A program made the translations under genes and the position numbers. The notes beneath the pieces are model-generated. The model was given only the letters and a program-made list of their open reading frames with translations, did not search any database and was not told the origin of the DNA. DNA of 64,000 nt from Bdellovibrio sp. (lineage in GTDB: Bacteria > Bdellovibrionota > Bdellovibrionia > Bdellovibrionales > Bdellovibrionaceae): positions 544,001-608,000 of the forward strand of contig JAKFCY010000002.1 in the NCBI GenBank assembly GCA_036676395.1, given 5' to 3'. Positions 58,389-64,000 of the stretch are shown here, in pieces. Position 1 is the stretch's first letter; every line of letters begins with the position of its first letter.

Positions 58389-59330
58389 TTATAGCTTAGA
58401 CCATTCTTCGCGTAAGATTTGCAGGTCATCGCCATTTTCAATCACATATAAAGTTTTGATACCTTTATCCTGATGTTTATCAGATGAATAGTTCTGCACG
58501 AATTTAATCAAGTATTGGTTTTTTGTGTGTAAGATACTGGGCTTAGAAAAATCAATCGTGATCGTTGTATAAATACTTTTAAGTTTTTCTTTGTGTTTAA
58601 GCCATGATTTTTTGTTAAAGCTAGGCGCCGAAAAATCATCAGAATACATTTTACTGTAATTTTCTAAATCCTGTTTTTGCCAATAGTCTTTCCAAGTTTT
58701 TAACCAAGCTACTACTTTGTTTTTCTTAGCGGTGTGAGCGCCGCTGTCAACCCAGTCGGTTTTAGCATTAATAATCAGATGACTTTTATTTAATGAAATT
58801 AAATCTGATAATTTTTGAATATTGTCATTTCGTAAAACAACACAACCTTTTGAGCCGCGGTTTAGCGGAACTTTATCTGGAACAGAATGTAACCAAATGC
58901 CATCACCGGTTTTGTTTTCAAATTTATCAAAGACGTTCGGGTAATCGGTAGTAAACGCAAGCGATCCGTACTGATCAAACGGAATTTCTGGTTGAGTCAT
59001 CTTTTTTTGTAAAAGATAGATTCCTTCAGGTGTTTTTTTATCATTACGTTTGGTTTTTGGGCCGTCTTTTTTGCCGATATCGATTTCATAAGATAGGGGA
59101 GCTGTTAGTGTTTCTTCAGATTCAAAAAAGTATAACTTACGTTCGGTCTTATCAGCGATCATGATTGATGACTTGATTTCTGGGTCATCAGAGATCTGCA
59201 AAATTTCATTTGGAAGTTTAATTGTTTGCGAAGTTACAGCTTCTTGGGCAAAGGTGACAGCCGGCCTTACTAGAAGAAGTAAAACAAAGATCAAAGCGTT
59301 TAAAATTGGCGAAAAATTGCACATTTTCAT
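58389..59330 (-). CDS. L,D-carboxypeptidase (YkuD) with C-terminal NTF2-like domain; Bd1075/Csd6/Pgp2-like
   Basis: Signal peptide; KTPEGIY, GIWLH, SKGCV; C-terminal W...W...D..Y...YS.DF; adjacent to fliL. Confidence 0.82.
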   Translation of the reverse strand: MKMCNFSPILNALIFVLLLLVRPAVTFAQEAVTSQTIKLPNEILQISDDPEIKSSIMIADKTERKLYFFESEETLTAPLSYEIDIGKKDGPKTKRNDKKTPEGIYLLQKKMTQPEIPFDQYGSLAFTTDYPNVFDKFENKTGDGIWLHSVPDKVPLNRGSKGCVVLRNDNIQKLSDLISLNKSHLIINAKTDWVDSGAHTAKKNKVVAWLKTWKDYWQKQDLENYSKMYSDDFSAPSFNKKSWLKHKEKLKSIYTTITIDFSKPSILHTKNQYLIKFVQNYSSDKHQDKGIKTLYVIENGDDLQILREEWSKL

Positions 59331-59434
59331 TCGTAAAATTATTATCGTCCTAAACTGGTACATCTGACAACTCATGGGGTGTGGTATTAAGACTTAGGGT
59401 AACATTTTTTTAACAATTTTCAAATCTTTGGTCT

Positions 59435-59461
59435 TAAGACCTAGGTTTAGCTCTCCGATAT
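59435..59461 (+). promoter_or_regulatory. Sigma-28-like promoter of fliL
   Basis: TAAG-N15-TCCGATAT. Confidence 0.6.
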
Positions 59462-59468
59462 AGTCAGT

Positions 59469-59945
59469 ATGAAACAGAAGCTGCAACTTATTCTAAATAG
59501 TCTTTTAGTTATATTGAACATGTGTGGATTAGGAACGGGTGCCTATTGGGTTTATGCATCAACCTTAGGTTACGAATCACCATATATTGTTGAAGAGACT
59601 TTAAGAAAGCCTGCAAGCTTGCCAGAGATGGTTGAAAAGGGCATGAATGTCTACACGATGGATAAATTCTTAGTGAACTTATCAGGCCAGCCGCAACGCC
59701 AAATTTTATTACAAGTTAATCTGGATATGTTAAATGCACAGTCTTTTACAGAAATTATGGATTCAGATAAAACGGCTCGTGCCCGTGATAGTATTATTCG
59801 CTTATTAAATGACAAGTCGTATTCGGATATTGAAACAATTCAGGGTAAATTATTTTTAAAGGATAGAATCGTTGAAGAGGTCAACAAAGTCCTACGAGTA
59901 GGACTTGTTAAAGACGTTTACTTTACGGACTTTGTGGTAAGATAA
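59469..59945 (+). CDS. fliL: Flagellar basal body-associated protein FliL
   Basis: N-terminal TM; FLVNL, RDSII.LL, GK..LK, VKDVYFTDFVV. Confidence 0.85.
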   Translation: MKQKLQLILNSLLVILNMCGLGTGAYWVYASTLGYESPYIVEETLRKPASLPEMVEKGMNVYTMDKFLVNLSGQPQRQILLQVNLDMLNAQSFTEIMDSDKTARARDSIIRLLNDKSYSDIETIQGKLFLKDRIVEEVNKVLRVGLVKDVYFTDFVVR

Positions 59946-60531
59946 ATTTCACAGCTTTGTTATTAACAATTTCATAAACATCACCTGGGCCCAGGTAGGT
60001 TTCAATTTGAATTCCTACTTTTTTCTTTTCTTTAAGCTTCTCTGCGTGTTCACCAATGGCTTTTAAAACATAAATCGCCACACCAGTCTCTTTTATAGGA
60101 GTGGTTCCGGAAGCCGTTTTCTCTGTTGCAGTCACAGTCTCTTTAAGGTTTGACCACTGTGAAAGTTTTAATACAGTCCATTTTTTTTCATTTTGCAAAA
60201 TAGCGACTGCATACTGATTTTTTGTGTCTGTACCCATTAACACGATGTCTTTTTTGCCATTGCCGTCTAGATCATCGATAAAAGCCATTGGAACCTGGTT
60301 GTCACCAAGATCTTTAAATAACTCAAGAACCGATTTAATGTAAGCATTGCGATTAAAAGGAATAAATTCTGGATTCCATTGCATTAAAGCCTTGAGCGCA
60401 ACAGTTGGCAATTTGATTTCAACGTCATCATTTTTAGTAATGATTTCTAAAGAATTAGTTTCAGACTTTACGACCGGTAAGGCATTAGCGAGCGTAGCAA
60501 ATAAAAGGCAAGATACGATAATTTTGATCAT
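59923..60531 (-). CDS. Secreted hypothetical partner protein, copy B
   Basis: Signal peptide; DDLDGNGKKDIVL; paralog of 61073..61675; 4-bp overlap with upstream hydrolase. Confidence 0.8.
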   Translation of the reverse strand: MIKIIVSCLLFATLANALPVVKSETNSLEIITKNDDVEIKLPTVALKALMQWNPEFIPFNRNAYIKSVLELFKDLGDNQVPMAFIDDLDGNGKKDIVLMGTDTKNQYAVAILQNEKKWTVLKLSQWSNLKETVTATEKTASGTTPIKETGVAIYVLKAIGEHAEKLKEKKKVGIQIETYLGPGDVYEIVNNKAVKFILPQSP

Positions 60532-61076
60532 CGTACGGATCCTCCGCTAGAAGATTTTTTGTGTTGTTGCGCACCTGTGTTAGCTGCTGCCGCACCTAAT
60601 TGTCTTGGACAAGTATCACCGCGAGATACAGAAAAAACATGATTTCCGGCTCGGCCACATGAAGTCACACGGCGCGACCAACCTGGAGTAACTTTGCGTG
60701 GATTATAAAAGTAAAGAAGCCCATTAGCACCTTCATTAATGGCTGTATCAGCAGCGTCTCTACAGTCTTGAAGAGCCTGTATATCTTTGGGCTCTTTGGC
60801 GTTAATGTTGTTGCCGTAACTATCGGCTGTCCAACTAAATTGCGAAGGCTGGTAAACAACTCCACAGACGGTATCTGGAAATTCATTAGATTGAGCTCGC
60901 GATAAAACTGTTTTTGCAACCGCGATCATTCCTATTTTGGGCTCGCCTCTAGTTTCGTGATAACAATTGCAAACTAAGCAGTTATAAGACGATGAATTTG
61001 GTTTGCACGACATGGTTTCTGCAAATGCAGTTTGCGTTGCAAGCGATAAAAATAAGGTAATTAGTATTTTATTCAT
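60528..61076 (-). CDS. SleB/Hydrolase_2-family cell wall hydrolase, copy B
   Basis: Signal peptide; YHETRGE, AVA..V, PDTVCGVVYQPSQFSW, YFYNP, GNHVF. Confidence 0.85.
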   Translation of the reverse strand: MNKILITLFLSLATQTAFAETMSCKPNSSSYNCLVCNCYHETRGEPKIGMIAVAKTVLSRAQSNEFPDTVCGVVYQPSQFSWTADSYGNNINAKEPKDIQALQDCRDAADTAINEGANGLLYFYNPRKVTPGWSRRVTSCGRAGNHVFSVSRGDTCPRQLGAAAANTGAQQHKKSSSGGSVR

Positions 61077-61675
61077 AAAGTAAATTTAATAGCTTTATTA
61101 TTGTTAATTTCAAAAACTTCGGCAGAGCCCATAAAGTTTTCAATTTGAATGCCGGCTTTTTTCTTTTCTTTAAGCTTTTCAGCATGTTCGCCGATGGCTT
61201 TTAAAACATAGAAAGGAATTCCAGTTTCTGTTTGTGCAGCTCCTGAAACTGCGGCAAGTCCTGTTGGGATAACAGATTCTTTAATGTTTGCAATCGACCA
61301 TTCAGAAACTTTGATCAGTGTCCATTTTTTATCTTTTTGCAAAATGGCCACGACATATTGTTTTTTTAGATCGTTGCCAAGTAACACGATGTCTTTTTTG
61401 TCGTTACCATCTAAATCATCGATAAATGCCATAGGCACTTGGTTATCTCCGAGATCTTTAAACAATTCTAAAACTGATTTACTGTAATCCGTTTGGTTGA
61501 AGAGTTTAAAATTTGGATTCCATTTTTCTAAAGCAAGAAGTGCTACAGTAGGTAATTGCACTTCGACATCATTATTTTTAGTGTTGATTTCTAAAGTATT
61601 TGCTTCAGATTTTACAATTGTTGCAGCTTGCGTGATAGCTGTGAATAAAAAACAGAAAGTGAAGATTTTAATCAT
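61073..61675 (-). CDS. Secreted hypothetical partner protein, copy A
   Basis: Signal peptide; DDLDGNDKKDIVL; paralog of 59923..60531. Confidence 0.8.
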   Translation of the reverse strand: MIKIFTFCFLFTAITQAATIVKSEANTLEINTKNNDVEVQLPTVALLALEKWNPNFKLFNQTDYSKSVLELFKDLGDNQVPMAFIDDLDGNDKKDIVLLGNDLKKQYVVAILQKDKKWTLIKVSEWSIANIKESVIPTGLAAVSGAAQTETGIPFYVLKAIGEHAEKLKEKKKAGIQIENFMGSAEVFEINNNKAIKFTL

Positions 61676-62223
61676 CGAGTTCCTCCTTCAGATGAGCGTG
61701 GAGTTTCGTTTGGCTGGCTGCTGCGTGAAGCAGGGTTGCTGCCCAGGTTTTTAGGACAAGTTTTACCACGTGGTACTAAGAAAACATGGTGTCCGACTTT
61801 ACCGCAAGAAGTAACACGTCTTGCCCAAGCCGGTGAAGCGACACGTGGGTTATAAAAGTAAATAAGACCATTGGCGCCTTCGTCGATCGCCGTATCTGCG
61901 GCATCTCTGCAGGCTTGAAGGCTTCGTCTGTCGATAGAGTTTCTAGTAGAAATACGATTGCTGTAGCGATCGCGTGTCCAACTGAATTGCCAAGGTTGGT
62001 AGACGACTTTACACACAGTATTAGGATAGGATCTTGATTGGGCGCGGGAAAGAACTGTTTTAGCTACAGCGATTTTGCCTTCTTGAGGTTCGCCGCGTGA
62101 TTCGTGATAACAGTTGCAGACTAAACAATCGTAAGAAGACTGACGGGCATTACACGACATCGTTTCAGCGTGTGCGCTTAGGCCGAACAAACTGAAAAGT
62201 AGGACAAATAATGTCTTTTGCAT
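61672..62223 (-). CDS. SleB/Hydrolase_2-family cell wall hydrolase, copy A
   Basis: Start MQKTLF; YHESRGE, PNTVCKVVYQPWQFSW, YFYNP, GHHVF. Confidence 0.85.
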   Translation of the reverse strand: MQKTLFVLLFSLFGLSAHAETMSCNARQSSYDCLVCNCYHESRGEPQEGKIAVAKTVLSRAQSRSYPNTVCKVVYQPWQFSWTRDRYSNRISTRNSIDRRSLQACRDAADTAIDEGANGLIYFYNPRVASPAWARRVTSCGKVGHHVFLVPRGKTCPKNLGSNPASRSSQPNETPRSSEGGTR

Positions 62224-62227
62224 CTTA

Positions 62228-62974
62228 CTAGCCGTTTTTCTTTTGGTACATCTTGATACCAACATAAGCTAAAATGACCAATAAAAGTAATCCGCCGCCT
62301 AAGACCATTTCATTTTGTAATAAGCCTTTTTTGTCTTCGCCACCAGTGCCGTCATCATCAGCGGCTAATAGATCGCCTGGCATGGCTTGGCCGATACCAG
62401 CACCTAAAACTTCATTAGAACCACGAAGTGGTCCAAGACCCGGTTGCGATAATAAATCTTTAGTCGCGATAACGCGTAATGAACGCACTGTATCCATAAA
62501 GTGAGCTCTGTGTTTTGCGTAATACTTATTGTGAACTGAAAATGTGATTAAGATCGCAATTTGATCCTTAATAGTCGCTAAATAACGAGTGAAATAATTT
62601 TGCACTTCAGAATTTGCATGCAGACCGTCTAACCATTTTTGATCATTAATCATTTCTTCACGGGGCGGCATAGTCACTGTCGACTGTGCGGTTCCACCAG
62701 TGCGTAGGTTTAACATCATTGGTTTAGTCATGTGATCCATATAAATCGGAAAGTTATCTGTTGGGCCTTTTTCTTTAGCCGTTAAGATAATAACAGCTTC
62801 TTTAGATTCTTGCGGATCTTCGGCGCGGCACACCCATTCGGTTTGCTCTAATTTACATTTCCATGTGTCTAACATTTCAAAAGAGATATAAGCATTTTTA
62901 AAAGTTCTGGCTTCAGACATTGAACCGATCAGAAAAAAAACTAACGGTAGGAGTCTAAAAGTATATGATCTCAT
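62228..62974 (-). CDS. Exported hypothetical protein with C-terminal TM anchor
   Basis: gagg RBS, signal peptide MRSYTFRLLPLVFF..SEA, WKC..EWVC, C-terminal TM plus KK. Confidence 0.75.
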   Translation of the reverse strand: MRSYTFRLLPLVFFLIGSMSEARTFKNAYISFEMLDTWKCKLEQTEWVCRAEDPQESKEAVIILTAKEKGPTDNFPIYMDHMTKPMMLNLRTGGTAQSTVTMPPREEMINDQKWLDGLHANSEVQNYFTRYLATIKDQIAILITFSVHNKYYAKHRAHFMDTVRSLRVIATKDLLSQPGLGPLRGSNEVLGAGIGQAMPGDLLAADDDGTGGEDKKGLLQNEMVLGGGLLLLVILAYVGIKMYQKKNG

Positions 62975-63077
62975 GTTGCCTCGCTTGTTGGATTCCATCT
63001 ACAATAGTTGATGAGTTAATATTGTAACTAACTTTTGGTTAGCTATCAAATCGGTTCGGCATCGAACGGGGTAATTT

Positions 63078-63974
63078 ATGTTAAATCTTTCGCAACTCCA
63101 GACCTTTGTCATGGTCGTATCTGAAGGCAGCATGACAGCTGCAGCAGACAAACTGTTTTTGACCCAGCCTGCGGTAAGTCAGCAGATGAAAAATCTAGAA
63201 GACGAACTAGGGGTTGAACTTGTTGTGCGCGGGTCAAAATCGATCAAAACTACGGCGCAAGGCGAAGTGCTTTATGAGCATGCTAAAAAAATCTTAAACT
63301 TGGTGCAAGCGGCCGAAATTTCGATCAAATCTGTCGGAGCGCAATTGCGTGGTCAATTACGCATCGGAACTCTGAATACGATCGGTCTACATTTAATGAG
63401 TCCGGTGGTTAGCCGACTTTTAAAATTTAATCCTGATTTTAAAATCAAAGTGGATTACGCCAAAGGCGAAGATTTAATCGCTGCCTATGAAAAAGGTGAT
63501 CTAGATGTGGTTGTTTTGCCAGAGATGGAAAAAAACTACGGTAAAACTTTTAAAGACACGGCTTCACATGTTTTATTAAAAGAAGAGATGTGGTTAGTAG
63601 GTTCTGGTAAAGATGAATTTTACCCACCCACAGTAAGTATGAAAGATATTGCCAAAATTCCGTACGTGCATTTTGCCAATGAATTTCCGCACTTTGATAA
63701 GATGTTAGCCGAAAAAATAGGAACAGTGCCTGCAGTATTTGAATCATCAAATGTGGGTACACTTAAGCGCGTAATTGAAAATGGATTAGGAATTGGTTTT
63801 TTACCGGCCCATTCAGTCAAAAAACAAATCCGCGGTGGCCGTTTAAATAAAATTCAAACTTTAGATTTTGAATATAAAACTGAATTTATCTATTACCGCC
63901 GTGAAAAAGGCCCTTCGGCTAAAACGGCTGAGATTCTATTTCAAGCCATGACGGGTGATCAGGGACGCAGTTAA
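63078..63974 (+). CDS. LysR-family transcriptional regulator
   Basis: SMTAAADKLFLTQPAVSQQMKNLEDELG HTH. Confidence 0.93.
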   Translation: MLNLSQLQTFVMVVSEGSMTAAADKLFLTQPAVSQQMKNLEDELGVELVVRGSKSIKTTAQGEVLYEHAKKILNLVQAAEISIKSVGAQLRGQLRIGTLNTIGLHLMSPVVSRLLKFNPDFKIKVDYAKGEDLIAAYEKGDLDVVVLPEMEKNYGKTFKDTASHVLLKEEMWLVGSGKDEFYPPTVSMKDIAKIPYVHFANEFPHFDKMLAEKIGTVPAVFESSNVGTLKRVIENGLGIGFLPAHSVKKQIRGGRLNKIQTLDFEYKTEFIYYRREKGPSAKTAEILFQAMTGDQGRS

Positions 63975-64000
63975 TGGAATTTCAAAAGAATTTACTGATT

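Larger units (their letters stand above)
59923..62223 (-). repeat. Tandem duplication of a two-gene unit (about 1.15 kb each)
   Basis: Hydrolase A + partner A, then hydrolase B + partner B, with long identical peptide stretches. Confidence 0.9.

Noticed and set aside
140..63820. Many short ORFs antisense or out of frame within long genes (e.g. 140..436, 13540..13965, 18476..19114, 52150..52455)
   Set aside because: Shadow ORFs of well-supported genes, without RBS or recognisable motifs
63974..64000. ATG overlapping the LysR stop (TAATG), possible next gene
   Set aside because: Only 9 codons visible; cannot be called
1..64000. CRISPR array, tRNA/rRNA, integrase, transposase or prophage genes
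   Set aside because: No regularly spaced direct repeats, cloverleafs or matching protein motifs seen by eye

Overview
Gene-dense, AT-rich (roughly 40% GC by eye) chromosomal window, most likely from a predatory Bdellovibrionota bacterium (Bdellovibrio/Pseudobdellovibrio-like). This is inferred from gene content: a stand-alone spd-type EF-G, GldA/F/G-like ABC genes, a Bd1075-like L,D-peptidase beside fliL, and many secreted hydrolases. Most of it is housekeeping: fusA, recQ, aat, ppk1/ppx/phoU/phoB/phoR, tldD/pmbA, tmk-holB-tatD-gap-pgk-tpiA, secG, ilvA, hisC, cmk, rpsA, sppA. I found no rRNA, tRNA, CRISPR array, transposase or integrase. Best leads: (1) an AT-rich TPR-like gene bracketed by a 37-bp inverted repeat, with a third repeat copy 39 kb away in a structured intergenic element; (2) a tandemly duplicated, translationally coupled pair of a SleB-type cell-wall hydrolase and a secreted partner, resembling an effector/immunity module; (3) a recurring intergenic palindrome GTCTCA-N3-TGAGAC; (4) a hydantoinase A/B-like pair with degenerate catalytic motifs; (5) a large di-heme RoxA-like protein; (6) a secreted protein-glutaminase homolog. 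All family calls come from motif recognition by eye, not database searches.
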